Positions 49,076 through 63,704 of a DNA stretch of 64,000 bases are shown piece after piece. The stretch is from Perna viridis (taxonomy: Eukaryota): NCBI GenBank assembly GCA_037379345.1, contig CM074515.1, forward strand, positions 15,252,001 through 15,316,000, given 5' to 3'. The stretch's first letter is position 1. Each line of letters begins with the position of its first letter. A program made the position numbers and the translations under genes. The notes under the pieces were generated by a model, which did no database searches, was not told the DNA's origin, and saw nothing but the letters and a program-made list of their open reading frames with translations.

Positions 49076-51502
49076 GTGGGATAAAATGTTAGTGATCAGA
49101 TCAGCGAGTATTTCTTCTGTCTCGGCGAGATCTATTCTCTGGCCAGTAAACTCTGAACATTTTGTTAGTAATTTTGTTATAAAGTAATAACTTAACATCA
49201 CGTTTCGTATATATAGAATAAAATCACCCACTTAACTTCCCTTTACAGTGCCCGTGTATAGAATAGCACTTAACTCACAAATATCCAGTTGAGTTTTTCT
49301 CTACCATTGTCTTTTCCATTCGAATAAAGGTCTTCAAAAACAACTGAGTAGTCGTAGAATTGTGGATGTCATAAAATATGACCTTTCCCCACATGATTTG
49401 TGTTAGTAAACAAATTTGAGACGGTCCTTTCAAAAGGCGTCCGGGAGCGCCTGGAGGGTGTAAAAAGCGCTTGTAAACAAAAAGATAATTATGTTTGTTT
49501 CATACTAAATTTGGTTCTTGATATAGGACTTGAAAATGAGAACCATGCTTATGTATATTTGCACTTGGATACGCATTCTAGGACGTCATTCATGCTTATA
49601 AATGAATCCACTTGTTTGTTAAAACTGAGTCACAATTTTTGTTTATGTTAACTGTGAGAAACCAATGCTTGCAATACAAATTGAATTTATCAAGTTTATT
49701 TTTATTTTGAAATCCTTTTGCATATGCTGACAACACTACTACACCGTCTGCATGTAAAGACTATGTAGTAAAATCTTCCCATAAACTGGAACTGGGTTCT
49801 TTTTTTTCTTTTTTTTTTTAGATAAATAGTAAATAGTACCTTTCTTTGATTTAAAATAAGCTTTTTAAAAGAAGAATGTTTAAAAAATTCAAAAATTCAT
49901 TTTCAGCACAGGAAGAATACTCAGAATATACTTAAGTTCTCCCGGATCCATGAATTATATAAATAGGCTTTGAAAGCTTATTTTAAAGTATAGAAAGACT
50001 TTTTATCCCTCAATTCAAATATCGAGTATCCATATTTTTGATCACACAGTTAAACCTATTTATTGTTGTGTGGAAGTGATATTTGGGGTATGTTCAATCC
50101 ATTTAGTGTTAAATGCAAAACTGAGAATCCATCTCTTGATTAATATTTCCCCTGGATTATTTTGTGACAAACTTCATTTAATTAAAGTTTTGCCATTGTT
50201 TCCTTGGTGAACACAAAAAGACATGCAATAGTACGTTTTATCATATCTTTGAAAATTTCCACTACCGTTCAACATCATCAAAAGATCGAATGTTACTTAA
50301 TTGGTATCGCTTGGGGAACATGAGAACTAATTCGCATCTACTCATCTTTTGACAAAAACAATTATCATAGTTTGGATTAACAGATTTCAGTTTAAAAAAT
50401 AGAACTGTTATAGGGGAAAATGTCAGTTGTCAAAAAACAGTATAAATATTATATAATGTAGAATAGAATTAACAAATAAATCAGTTTTCCGATGGTAACT
50501 AAAAATAACTAATTTTAGTTCTAAAAAAAATTTGACACTGGTCAAAAATGAAATAAGAAGTTTTACAAGAATGCGTACTACTAATCTACTGATACCAGGG
50601 TAGTACCCGACACAACAGATTGTGTACAAAGTGTTCTTTGAGTGAAACTCATTTTCTATTTGAATGTTCAAAATAACAGGAAGATAGAGACTATATATTG
50701 TCATAAGTAAATATTATATCTGGCAACTCTAAGAAATATACAAACAAAAACATATTTATTTGTTTAACTCTGAAAATACAGAATTATTGTAATGTCTATG
50801 TAAATTTGTTTTGAAGAATCGCCCTTAAAAAGAGATTTTCAACTAACTCAGTCACTGCGGCGTTTTCAAATTATAAATAATCCTACGCTTCGAATTTTTT
50901 GTATCTGAAATATCTCTTTGATAGCTTCTTATGATAGTTCAACATGCACTTCCTTATGGCACCGTCCCATGGTGTTTGTATTGAAGTTACCAATGATTAC
51001 TTTTTTTTGATTAAGCTTAGAAAGGATATTCAAATGTAGGCTAATTTTCATACATCTATTTTTTCTGATAATTATTTTATTATAGTGACCTGTGTATACA
51101 TATATATGATAACTATGTTACATTGAATATGTATAAAGTATCGAACACCCGGCCCTTAGGACCTATAAGTCACCTTATATTTAAATCATTTTTTAAAAAT
51201 AAGATAATCACGTATTGTCAATAGAACATCTTTAACGTAATGACAAAAAAAGAAAAAAAAAAGGATTTGAAAATAGAAGTGTGTGTGCTTGTCAAATTAC
51301 TATAAATGTGCATAATTATTCATGCCTTTTTGGGGGCACTTAATTGAATAATAAAAAAAATCTTTTTCTTCTTTTTTTTTCCTCGGAGTGTTCTTTCAAG
51401 TAGGACACATATGTGATGATTCTTATAGTGCAGTACAATTTGTCAGGATAATAAGCAAATTGACTTTTTTCAATAAACTGGGTCTAGGAATAAAAGTAAT
51501 GA

Positions 51503-52000
51503 AAGAGTAATCAAGGGAACCAAGATTTGAGCGGTAATAAAAAATATTTCAAGGACAAAAAACCAGTCAAAGAAAACGGAAAACATCGCGTCAGCACAAA
51601 AATACGTACAAAGAAAAAATAAATGAGCAACCCTAACTCCACTAAAATCAGGGAGCATGGACCAGGTGTACCGGTAGGGTAAGCACCTGCTTTTCTAGAA
51701 TGATAGTAAAATGTAATGTATTGATAGACGAAAAAGCAAAGGATTACTACTACACTGTGAATAGTTCGGTTCTTATGGTGCAGATGGATACATCATAACA
51801 TTCCACAAGTTCAAGAATACGACCATAAAACTTTTGTAGCGATGGCTTTATCTTGTAGCAACATAAGCCTGTTCCAAAAGCCAAAGCATGGTACAAAAAA
51901 AGTCATCGTACGTTTGGCAAGCTCTGGCAAAACATATGAGTTGTGATACGAAAACTACACGTAGGTGCTAAAGGGATGTTGCCATAGATGAAGGAAAGTT
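51503..52000 (-). mobile_element. Diverged Naiad-type PLE 3' fragment, inverted
   Basis: aagagtaatcaagggaacc...atgagcaac...gggagcatggaccaggtg...gaccataaaactt...ggcaagctctggc. Confidence 0.8.
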
Positions 52001-52090
52001 GTAAATAAGGAATGAGAAGTCATTCAAGAAGAAATTCACGTTATAAAATATCTTTAAAATCAATTTTATCAGGACTCTAGTAGTCACTAG

Positions 52091-52442
52091 ACAGGGCCGG
52101 AACCAGACACTTTGAAAAGAAGGGGTGCCAGTCGAGGTTCCTTGGAAAAATGGGGGTGCCATTATTCGCCACCAAAAAAGTGGGAAATTCATCGTTTTTA
52201 ACAATTATTTACAAGTTCTGTAATTTTTAAAATTTGCCATTTTCCGCAATTTTTACCCTCCCCCGAAATTCACAAATATACCATACCATACCATAGTATA
52301 TGTAAATTACAGGGGAGGGTCAAAATTGCGGAAAATGGCAAATTTTCGTCAGAACTTGCTAATATTGGTTAAAAACGATGAATTTTCCACTTTCTTGGGG
52401 GGGGGGGTTTAAAATTTAAAAATTCTGGATCCATGTGCCTGT
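52091..52442. mobile_element. Foldback MITE-like element
   Basis: Inverted arms at 52177-52264 and 52312-52393. Termini acagg...ggaaccaga / tctggatcc...cctgt. Confidence 0.6.
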
Positions 52443-52480
52443 GATTTCATAGATAAAATCAGATTACCCAATATTTGAGT

Positions 52481-53618
52481 AAACAAGAGGCTCCCAGCAT
52501 CCTGAATTGTTCACCGTGTTCAATTTTTGCCCTTCAAATGCAATAACTCTAACAAGGAATCGTCGTACAACCTTGATGACCTTATCTTTTACCAATCAAT
52601 AGTTATGTTCTCATCTATCATAGTTTTCAAGATATTGGCCAAAAACTGCAAAAAAAAAGTTTTCGTCTTTCAAAGACAATGACTCTAGCAAGGAGTCAAC
52701 CAACAACTTCAACCTAAAAGACTTGTAGGCTTTATCATAAAAATCATTTCATCAATTGAAGTTTTTTTTCTACCTATCATACTTTTCTAGACAAATCGCA
52801 GAAACTGCAAAAACTATCAAATTTTAGCCTTTTAAGAGTAATAACTCTAACAAGGGGTTGTCAGACAATTTAACTTGAAGAAAACTTTTTTAGTACTTAT
52901 CATAAAGACTGTTTCATCAATTGAATATCTATATTATAGTTTTTGAGATATTGGCTGAAAACTGCAAAGAACATGGTATTTTGCATTTCAAGGGCAATAA
53001 CTCTAACAAGGAGTTGTCAGACAATTTTGACATTAGTAGGCCTTATCATTAAGACCATTTCTTCAATTGCAATTTTTTTGTTATTGGAGTTTTCAAGACT
53101 CTCCTGAAAAACTGTAAAAACTGTCATTTTTCATGTTTGAAGGGCAATAAGTCTTAACAAGGAGTTGTCGTAAAATTTTGATTTAAGATTTTGTAAGATT
53201 GAAATTTTTTTTCTTCCTATTATGGGTTTCTAGATATTGGCTAAAAATTGTAAAAATGTCATTTTTTTGCCTTTCAAAGGCAATAACTCTTAACAAATAG
53301 TTGTCCAACAATTTTCACCCAAATAATACTTTTGTAGGACTTATCATAAATATCATTTAGTCAATTGAAAGTTTTCTTCTATCTATTATAGTTTTCAAGA
53401 TATTGGCTGAAAAAGCTACAAATACTCATTTTTAGCCTTTCAAGGGCAATAACTCTAACAAGCAGTCGTCTGAAAATTTTGACTTGATTAAGACTTGTAG
53501 GATTTGTTATAAGGATTATTACTTCAATCGAAAGTTATGTTCTATCTATTGTAGTCGATGATAGACGCCAAGTAATGACAAAAGCTCACACTGCCTTTAA
53601 GCTCAGGTGAGCTAAAAA
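52481..53618 (-). mobile_element. Helentron-associated non-autonomous element (HINE/DINE-1-like) carrying ~7 copies of a ~150-bp satellite monomer
   Basis: One end has the subterminal inverted repeat aaagctcac...aggtgagctaaaaa; the other end reads aaacaagaggc...ttgttcacc. Internal tandem units gggcaataactctaacaaggagt...caattgaa...tattatagttttcaagatattggc. Confidence 0.75.
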
Positions 53619-54262
53619 CTACATTAAGTTGTTTTTTAAAGACAAGTAAAAGGAAATCTTGTGTTTCTGTACTATTAACACATTAAGTGCATTCAGAATA
53701 CTACAATGGTAGGGTTACTGAGTAGTTTAACTTATCGACATATATTAATCATGATGTATTGTGCTAGTACACAGGTACGAATGGTTTTATCCTAAAGAAT
53801 GAGACCATGTTGCATTTAAGGATAGCATGTCATGAATTACATAAATATGTAACTGAACACCAAAACATATTTATTCATTAACAACCAGTAGAAATATAAT
53901 TTACAATATTGTATCCTTCAAATTAAGAATCTTATTAAAAATTTCAATAGTCATGATTGTTTACAACAGATGGCAACCTTACCAAAAAAAACCTGGTATT
54001 TAAAGTCATTACATAGTAACAAATACTTAATAAAAGTCAGCATTGTTTTATAACACAGCAGTATAGTATATATATCATATCTTATTCTCTGTTAACATAC
54101 CACATGCAAATATAAAATTTATAAACTCAATCATTGTTCGGTTTCCTTAAGCAGAATTTTGACTCATTCTTGCATCAAAAGAAAACAGATTGAACTTTGT
54201 AAAAACAAAGTAATAAATTAGCCAGTATATATAGCTGCTGAATGAAGGTGATTGTCTCTTAT

Positions 54263-57200
54263 TCATGTTTTGATGAAGTTCATACAGTGATGCAGAATCT
54301 CTATTCCATGAAGCTCTCTTAACTTTTCTAAATGTCTGCAACAGATAAAAAAGATATCTTTTAAATTTTATATATCAAGTGCTATATTATTCATAATATG
54401 GTCATTACATTTACTGTAATATGTTCTAATTACATAGGATAATCAGCTTCATAGATGTTTCATGACTCAACAAAACACATGATCTACCTATTTATATAGG
54501 ACATTCCCAATTTTACAGGTCTACTTTTATTATCATTGTGCATTGCCTATTTTCTATGTATATTTAAGAATAGATTAAAAAGAAAAAAAAAAAAATATCT
54601 AAAATAATCAAAATTGAGTGATTGATTTTTATTGTATCATTGGCATGTAAATGTGTTGACAAGTTACACATTAAGGACTTGAAGCACTAGTGTAATGCTT
54701 TTACACACCAATAAAACATCGAAAATGAAACATTTAATTCTAAACACTGTAATAAGTATCACAAATCTGTGGTTAAGATTTTTGTTAATTTTCTGCTTCC
54801 ACAAGAAAGTTTGCAACAAAATTGAACACAACAGAAACCAACAAAAATTAACATTCAAACTTTCCCAGGAATAAAAAATGACACAAGAATCGTACCTTAT
54901 GCTACATAGCAAGCTTTTATGACTATCTGATATTTCAGTATACCAAATTTTTGCACTACTTCACAGCCAAAAATATTTTTTAGTGCTAACATATGATATC
55001 CATGCACAGATACCCCACAAATTTACATACAAGTACATGTACCAGTATCTTATGAATTATCATATAACTCACTCATGATTCTTACACAAAAGTAAATCAA
55101 GCCATATATGATTTTCTCTGAAACCTGGTATCTCCATGAGCCAGGTTATCTACTTCGTTTTAAACACCAAGAGCTAGAGAAGCCTTAAGTGTATACTAAC
55201 CTGGTATCTCCCTGAGCCAGTTTAGCTATCAGTATAGCACAATTTTTCTGTAATGTTGGTCTTTTTCCATCCCTAGCCAGCACCAGCAGATCTTTCATAA
55301 TTTCTGTCTTAGTAAGAGCAGCACAGACCTTGGGTATGTGTGTACAATGACTTAAACATAATGCTGCATTCCCTATAACACTCTCATCCATACTTTTAAT
55401 GGACTTTACTAATGTTCCAAGACCTGCAATCACATGCATGCAATAAAACATATTTAATTTACAACATTCAAGTGATTAAAAAACAATAAACTTAAGATAA
55501 TGGAATTATTTGTCATCCATAATTGATTACCAAATACCTAAAGTGCCAAAAAAACTACAAAAACTTTGAGCAATGTTCAATAAATCTATACCCCTACTCC
55601 CCCAAAATGACCTTAAACACAGAAATCTTAATTGTAAGCTAGGTGCAGAACCAAAAAAAAGAAAAAAAAATTTTGGGGATTAAAAATGTCAATGAAGTTC
55701 TAATATTTTTCCCTAGTTGGGCCATTGTCTCTTTGACATATTATCAAAATCCATTCTTGTTATATTCAAAAGTGCTATGTACATGTGACATTTGAAGTGT
55801 TTAAGGATGCTTGAATGTCCACAGTGGCTTCATGGTTTCTTGCTAATATCAGCAATTCTGAATAAATTCAACAATATGTTATACAAAGCTGTAATCTGTA
55901 TATAGAAATATCTTAAAAGCTCATCCAATCACTATATCACCAAACATCTAATCATTCCTTCTAATGGGTGCTGAGACATCTGGGACAGAAAATATTCCAA
56001 TACCTTAGATCTTAAGTCTCCAGGAAAACAGGATGTAGATGACCTAGAAAGCTGAAAAGGGGAGACACAGTAGAAGTCTTTCATGCTTGAGCCATACACC
56101 AAAAACCTATTCACTCCTTTGAATGGGTGCTGAGAAATATTTGACAGAAAATTTCCCAATACCAAAGAAGTAAAATTTAAGTCCCTCAGAAAACAGGAAG
56201 AAGGTGACCTAAAAATCTGAAAAGGGGAGACATGTTACAGGTCATCATGCATAAGCCATATACCTAATTTCTAATCATTCCCACCAGTAGAAGCCAAGAA
56301 ATCTGTGACAGAGTTATTTGTTAAGGACAGAATAGCAGACAGACACCCAATCACTATATACCCCCACTTAAAAAGTGAGGGGTATAAAAAATATAAAGAT
56401 ACCTATTTAAACTACGGTACCCATCAGAAAGACATGCCATAATTTAAGCTATAAAGGTTTACACAACTTTTACTAACATTCATTTCAACTGAATGCAAAT
56501 TACAGAATCAATCAAAATGGTGGTGTCATTTAGAAGTTTTTTTTAGAAGAAAACATAAGAAGTTATCAACATACCGTATAAAATATTGATTGATTATTAA
56601 TTAACATCTGATGGCAATTATTTCATGCATTTCAGGACGAGAACAACTGGCCAATCAAAATACACTGCTTTGTAACTAGCATGACAAGCTGAATCTGACC
56701 TTTTTTGTGCTAGCTCACAAAAGCTACAACCTACAGGTAGGCATGTAACCCTAATCAGAAACATTATTCTGACTTAGAGCAAGTCAGTCATTACTCTATC
56801 CCCTCGAATACAGTGTGGCTGGTGTAGGTGCAGTGATTACCAATTTTTAAGTCTTTAGTGGGACTTTGTCTGGGATCAAACCTAGGACTTCCTGGAGGTG
56901 AGCATACTCATCTTAGACCACAAAGGTGGTCCGAAGAAAAATCATACATTTCTAGGACAGACATAAAATCAAATGAAGTTGAGCACTTATGACAGATAAT
57001 GTTTTGTATTTCTTGACAAATTAGCTGCTGAAAGTGTTACCTTTATGATCTACAATAAATATCCTGGCTTGATCATTAATCTGTGTACATCCTGCTAGAC
57101 CTTTCAGTGCAGACTTTTTATTCTCTTCACTTTCTTCTTCATTCTAAAATTATTTAAAATTTCTACCTTACAAAATGAAATAAAGGTTAACCAGATTAAA

Positions 57201-60200
57201 AATTAAGAACCTTGCCATAGTCAAAGCAACATAGTCTGACTTAATGAGAACTGATGTTTTTTGGAAATATTTTAATCAAGTTTAACATACTGAGTGACAA
57301 TAAAGGTAGAAACTACTTAACTTTCAGGAAAATTAAAATCAACATAACTAAAGATTTAAACAATGAAAATTTACACCTAACTATCCATTTTATTAAAAAA
57401 TATGACTGCTATAAATACTTTAATGCATCTAAGTAATAATCTCAAAACATAAAGGTCAAAAATTTAATCTCGAACTTTACCTTTATACAGTACACTAATA
57501 CTTCATGTCCAGCACTCTCACAGAACCAGTCCACTGATGGTATGGAATGAGGCAAGATATGACCAAGTATTGTAAATGATCTTTTCACTATTAGTTTGTA
57601 ATGTTTAAACTTTGAACACAATTCTAGGCAATGTTTACAAATTCCAAGGCTAAATTCTTTCATATTTTGTGAAGGTTCAAAGGTCATATTGGCCAACATT
57701 CCAAGACAGGCTTCTACTAATTCGATACTGACTGGTTCTTTTAACTTTTCCTTATGCACAGCCTGAAATCAAAATAATAATTAATGTAATTACAGGGCCA
57801 ACATCTGTTAGCATTCTAATTTATAGTATAAAAGCATCAAATGTGTCCTGTTAGTGATTTGAGAACCAATAAAAGTAAAGAGGTTGGAAATTGAATTAAC
57901 TTTATATGGTGATCTGGGGTGAAAAACTCCTATGGGGAATATTTTGTAATACTGTAAACAGACTAATTTTTGCTAGCGATTTATTTTCGCTCATCTCACC
58001 AGCACCAACCTTTCACGGAATTAAATCTCTGCAAAAATGCTGATCTTAATAATTTTCATTGTAAAAATATCTAATTTCATTTATAATTGTGAAAATATGT
58101 TGTTGCGAACTTGCACATCACTCTGATTGGAATTAATGTAGTCACAAAAAATAAGTAGATTTACAGTATAATTCAACTAGGCTGTTTTGACTAATTTTAT
58201 TACTCTCCTCACTTAAATACAATTGGCATTTAAATCATAAACAAGACTTTCTAAAAGACTTAAAGGTTTTAATAGAAAGTTTGCAAAAACGTTTGCCTTT
58301 TATTCTGCCTTATCACCCATTATTTGTGAACCTTTACTTATGATGTGCTTGTTGATCATGGCAGAAATCCTCTTACAAAGTAACAAAATTGTGCCAAGAT
58401 TACATGGACTGGTTAATGGATCAACTAACATTCTCATTTCTTCACATTTAATTTACAGACTTTTTAAATCAGAAAAAACATGCAAATTTTTTTTTCATAG
58501 TAAAGTCAGCCATTTAATTTTACTTTGAAACCAGTCTAAACCAATCCCCTTACATACTATATAATGTGTTCAGTTTGGACAGGTGTTTGGTTTTTCCAGG
58601 TTCAAAATACATTTCAATTGATATAAAAACTGTTAAAAGTATCTTGTTTAGACAGGTTTACAGATAATATCAGAGGTTAACAGATCATTCAGTTTGGTTT
58701 AGACAGGTTAACAGATTATCAGAGGTTAACATATCATTCAGAGTTTGGTTTAGACAGTTAACAGATTACATCAGAGGTTAACAGATCATTCTGAGTTTGG
58801 TTTAGACAGATTAATGGATTATATCAGAGGTTAACAGATCATTCACAGTTTGGTTTAGACAGGTTAACAGATTACATCAGAGGTTAACAGATCATTCTGA
58901 GTTTGGTTTAGACAGGTTAACAGATTATATCAGAGGTTAACACATTGTTCAGTTTTCTTTAGACAGGTTTACAGATCATTCAGAGATAGGTTTTGACAGT
59001 TTTACATATCGTTCAGATTTTTCTTTAGACAGGTTAACATACCAGTATTATTCAGAGTTCAGTTTAGATAGGTCAACTGTATAGCTATGTCTATAAATGG
59101 GTCCAAATCATGACCTTTTTTTGCATTTTTAGCTAGTTCTTTACAATAGTATTATTACTTACTAATAAATCGATGACTGTTTTCCAAAATTCTTTTCTGT
59201 TTGTTATTTTATTTCTGATATGTGGATCTAAACATAGATTCATAATGGTTGTGATACATGAAGGGACAACATTCAAATGACTTGATCCATCTTTCTGAAA
59301 TTCAAGAAAAATTAACTTATAGGTTAAAATGCAACTTAGACGGCACACACATACCAAGTCAATAATAATGCTTTAGACAAATCTGTGGATGAGTCATAAG
59401 TTTGACAAATTGAAATCAAAATTTCATTATGATTTTCTAACATAGAGGAACTTCGAGGATTCCAAAGTAGAAATATCAATCTGCTGCATTTGTTGATCTC
59501 CCTTTTCTACCATATGCAATGAATACCATTTTATTAAGCTTGTTTAAATTTTCTGCATATTAAGTGTTTTTTTTTCTTTAAAACGAAACCAAATAGCAAA
59601 GAAAAGGAAAAGAACAATGGAGGAATATACCCTTAAATTACTTACAGAAAACATGATTTTACAAGGTCTACCAAGTCGAAATTGGCAAAATTGGAAGTAA
59701 GTATAAATAAACAGTAAGAAAAGAATCATAATAGTAAAATCCAGATTAGAATCAGCAAAATTCCACTTTATGGAAAAATAAATTGAAGTGATGAAGTCAT
59801 GTTGTGTTTGTGCTGAAATAGAAATGTGCTTACTGTCCTGCTTTCGGTCATGTAACCAACATGAGTTCAAGTTATTTCCAGGAGTATGTTAAATTACATT
59901 ACAGGTAGAATTTTGTTCCAGCATCAGGTATACAAAATGTTATATCTCAAATGTATTTACCGGTGCTTTCCTTTCTCCAGTTCAGTCCACTTGGACCACA
60001 GATTCATGTCCCATTACTGGTTTGTCTCAAGACAACTTACCATGTGGACCAGAAGTAGAATTAGTTGGTCCATACCGGATAATGGAAAACAAGCTATGTC
60101 TATGAACAAATAGAATTGAGGTTGTTTGTAAATAATTAAATCTGAATTCTATAAACATCTTCTCTTCCGATTACATACCAATAGTGTTTCAAAAGAAGGA

Positions 60201-63200
60201 AGGATTTCATCCATTTTGTCTTTAATTTGCTGCTTAAACCTGAAAATATAGCAGAATTGAAAGTATCTGAGACATTAACTATCTCATTAGAACTTTAACA
60301 AAGACACTTCAGATGGTTGGGCCATCAGTTAAGAATGGCAAATGGAAGATTGCCAAACATAGCTCTGTGTTTGACATCACCTGAGGAGATGGCAGACCTT
60401 GTACCTCAGGGATGAGAACAGTTCAGTTTGAGCTGCAAATAAATAGGATACACCTTGGGACAAAAACAAAACATGACTAAGGACAGACTGAAATGGAAAG
60501 AACTTTTTGGTGCCTTATGCCCCGCATGTGATGAAGAGGTACCGGTATATATCTATGATGATCTTTTTCTCAATAGATGAATGGTCTTTATTTTTCCACT
60601 ACAATAGTTTACCTTTTATCTAACGCCAAATTATTTAAAATGTATCCTGATCTAACAGCTAAACTGTGATTTGCTCTTATCATGTCATATAGTAGTCCTA
60701 ATAACCTGAAAAAGGAAAAAGAATTTTATCTAAAAAATTAAGATCTGAGTTTGACTAGACAAAATTTTTTTTCTTTGCACAAAATCATTTATTAATAGAC
60801 AGAGATCTGCATAAAGTCTTCTAAAGACAACTTACTGAAAGACTGACACTGGTATGTTGAAATGTCTTTGAGAAAAGGTTATAAAAGTGCAATTACAAAT
60901 GCAGCTCTTGGACTGAAGATACATTAAAACAAACTATATTATACTTATTTACTGTCAACTTACTTTGGCATATTAAATGTGAGTATTATTGTAGACCTGC
61001 CCAGTTCTGTCATGGTTACAGTATACAGGAAGTTGACACAGGCAGACTTCAACACTTTACCATTGCCTTTGATCTTCACCTCTAAAAACCTCAGAAATTT
61101 GGTTGGAAACCCATTTGATGTTATCAAAAGCTGCTGATTAGTTTCTGAAAGGAAAATTGAAGCAGCATTAAACATACTACTCTTATATATAACTTTGTAA
61201 TGAAGTGATTATTGGCAAACTTTGATGATTTTTAAATTGTATATTGCACAATTTGAACTGTACATAAAATAAAAAATGATATTTTCCCTCTGAATCACCA
61301 GACCTAGGTAGTTGTGAAATACACAATCAGATTTATATAAAACAATTACGACAGTCTATTTTATATGCAAACAGGAATAAAATTTTCGTGTAAGCCTTCG
61401 TCAGTTTAAATGACAGTGGTCACCATTGTACAACCCTATAAAAATAGTAAATACTTCCAGAGATCACCAAAAGGTCTTCAATAGGTGTAAACACACCTTA
61501 AAGTAAGCTCTGAAAATCCCAATAAACAAAAGTAATAAAATCCACCTTAACAGAAGGATGATACTCCTTCAAAATAAAATAAAAAGTGAAATAACGCCAA
61601 AAAGACAAATTAAAGACTAACATTTACATTAGGGTGAAATCATTCATTTCAAATATTGTGATGCAAGTGCAGCAGACAACTTCGAAATAGAGGGCAAACA
61701 TCTAAAATTGACAAAATTACATTAAGGCAACGGAAAATCACAAATAATATCTCTTCAGGTAGGACACCATAAAAAATGTTATTAAAATCAGAAAACCAAT
61801 CACCAACAGATATTATAGATATATATATAAAAATGACACTAGTACAAATAACTTGTGTCCCAAAAAAAAATATTTTGTAACTACTTGAAAATATACAGAA
61901 TCAAAGAACATAATAATATCTGTGATTACACAAAAATGAAAACTGAAGTTTGGAACATAAATTATTCCAATTCTCTAAAAAGGAACTAAAGAACTGATAT
62001 TTCAAGGAAACAAAGACAATAGTTCATTTCAAAGTTGTCAAATAAAAATTAGAAGTAGTGTATTATTTACACCATGAAAATTAATCATACCACTATCATA
62101 AGCTGCTTTTTCAAACATATTAAAGGCAGCAGTCAGCATATCTAGTTCTTCCTGAGATAAACTTCTTGGAGAAGCAGCAAAAAATCTGGAAAAAATATAG
62201 AATTAAATATACAAATATTCCTATATTAGCATAGCATATTATCACATGTCTACTTGGTGTATTATGATTGGTTGTTCACCTTCTACAGTCTCTGACAATT
62301 TGTCATACACAAAAATGGCTACCATCATTTCGACCACAGATAAAGCCAATTTAAGGCCATGAAACAGTATTATCTGCTTTATTTTTGACAATCTTTAGAG
62401 AATATGGTTATCAGTATCCCCTATAAGATACTCAAAAGCAAAAAAAAAGTTATGTGAATTCACTTGAAAATTAAAGCTGCCTTAATTGTCGTGCATATTC
62501 TGAGTAGAGGGCTACAAGTAATCATAGAAGAGTTTTCACTTTTTTGAAGGAATCTCAATTTACCATATCTATACCAAGTACTGTAAATGTAATAATTTTC
62601 ATGGTTTCTGAAAAGTCAACATAATAGTGGGTATTAATTTTCGCAGTTTTCAAGGTTGAAGAAAAAATAAAGTTTTTTAATAGCTCACCAGTGTGTGATT
62701 CCTGTAATGATCTTACTTTTACAATTAATATTTCAATAAATTAATAATGGCCATTAATACAACATTAACAAATTGACAAGTCCACATATATAGTTTCCTA
62801 TGGCCATTTTAATCCAACAGTGTACATATTCTTCCAAAACTAAAAAGAACTCACTTAATTGCCCAAGCCATAGCTAATTGTAGGGATTAACTTCTGAAAG
62901 TTTAATGGCATTTTTACGGATTAACTTTTTATTGGCAGATCCCGGTGTGTGTATTTAACAGTAACCTTTTATCGGTGATTACCTGTAAAGTGTGTTTGAT
63001 GCTTACATTTTGTTCTTTGATGTGACAGGTGCTCTATGGCCAACAAGATTATGAATGAATAAATTATAACCCACATGCTTTTACCGTATATGTTTATATA
63101 ATAGACTTAGTATAAATTCATACTTGATTGCATTGAATGATACGACCCTTACACAAAACGATGTTTCTATTCAAAATTGTGGAAACCATGATTATAACGG

Positions 63201-63396
63201 TCAAAAGACTTGGTAATGTGAATATATTTTTGTGGGTACTAATTTTCGCTTTCTTGAGGCAACCGCAAAAACAGCTAAAATTACTACACCGTGAAAATTA
63301 ATATGTTTACAGTATTGTATACTCACTTGAAAAAGTAAGGATGTTCTTCTATTAACCTTAATCCTCCCTTGGTTCTAAACAGTGTTCTCTCTTCAC
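54263..63396 (-). CDS. TTC12: Tetratricopeptide repeat protein 12, C-terminal ARM-repeat region; 5' exons lie beyond the window end
   Basis: Ten phase-consistent GT-AG exons: 63396-63327, 62185-62091, 61144-60964, 60705-60613, 60239-60179, 59294-59163, 57762-57481, 57143-57041, 55423-55201, 54335-54263 (TGA). Peptides ERTLFRTKGG, GNAALCLSHC, QKNCAILIAKL and LRELHGIEILHHCMNF match the TTC12 C-terminus as I recall it. AATAAA (minus strand) at ~53870. Confidence 0.88.
55900..56390. mobile_element. HINE-like element fragment with ~155-bp internal repeats
   Basis: Repeated ctaatcattcct...gggtgctgaga.at.tg.gacagaaaat and gacctaaaaa.ctgaaaaggggagaca. Ends with cagacagac and a tatacccc...ggggtataaaaa hairpin. 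Confidence 0.6.
56585..56931 (-). mobile_element. tRNA-derived SINE (MetaSINE-like) in a TTC12 intron
   Basis: Minus-strand head has an A-box-like tggtctaagatg and a B-box-like ggtttgatccc. Central aaagacttaaaaattggta...gctctaagtcagaataatgt. (aatc)n-type tail at 56585-56597. Confidence 0.65.
57952..58166. mobile_element. TA-targeting MITE (CTGT...ACAG)
   Basis: ta|ctgtaaac ... gatttacag|ta. Confidence 0.6.
58635..59075. repeat. ~52-53-bp minisatellite in a TTC12 intron
   Basis: gtttggtttagacaggttaacagattatatcagaggttaacagatcattc repeated. Each unit has two aggttaacagat sub-repeats. Confidence 0.9.
60305..60540 (+). mobile_element. RTE-clade LINE 3' fragment
   Basis: Remnant RWLGH..R......P..AL...PE......P...R..V...L...G.T.G......KDR..WK....ALC....EE. 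Confidence 0.55.
62581..63312. mobile_element. TA-targeting non-autonomous DNA transposon (CTGT...ACAG)
   Basis: ta|ctgtaaatgtaataattttcatggt ... accgtgaaaattaatatgtttacag|ta. Internal gtgggta.taattttcgc repeated. Confidence 0.65.
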
Positions 63397-63704
63397 CTAA
63401 AAATCAATGGAATTGAATTAGTCAAACATTTAGTAGAATTTAGATTTTTTTCTACTGTGATCAGTGGAGAAACCATGGGGCTTCATGGTTTTATCAAAGA
63501 AAAATTGTAATTAATTTGTTCATTATATCATTATGACTTAAACAATAATGGGTAAACATACCATGAATCTAATTCTGTAAATGTTCAATATAAAATAACA
63601 AGTAAACTCGGAACTAAAGTAATATTTCAATGAATATAAGTAATTAAAAGAAAAATTAATTGCCACAAGTCATGCCCTGGAAACCAATTTCAGTCAGACC
63701 GAAG

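Noticed and set aside
61738-61760. Hammerhead-like CUGAAGAG on the minus strand
   Set aside because: The GAAA half of the core is missing; at most a decayed fragment.
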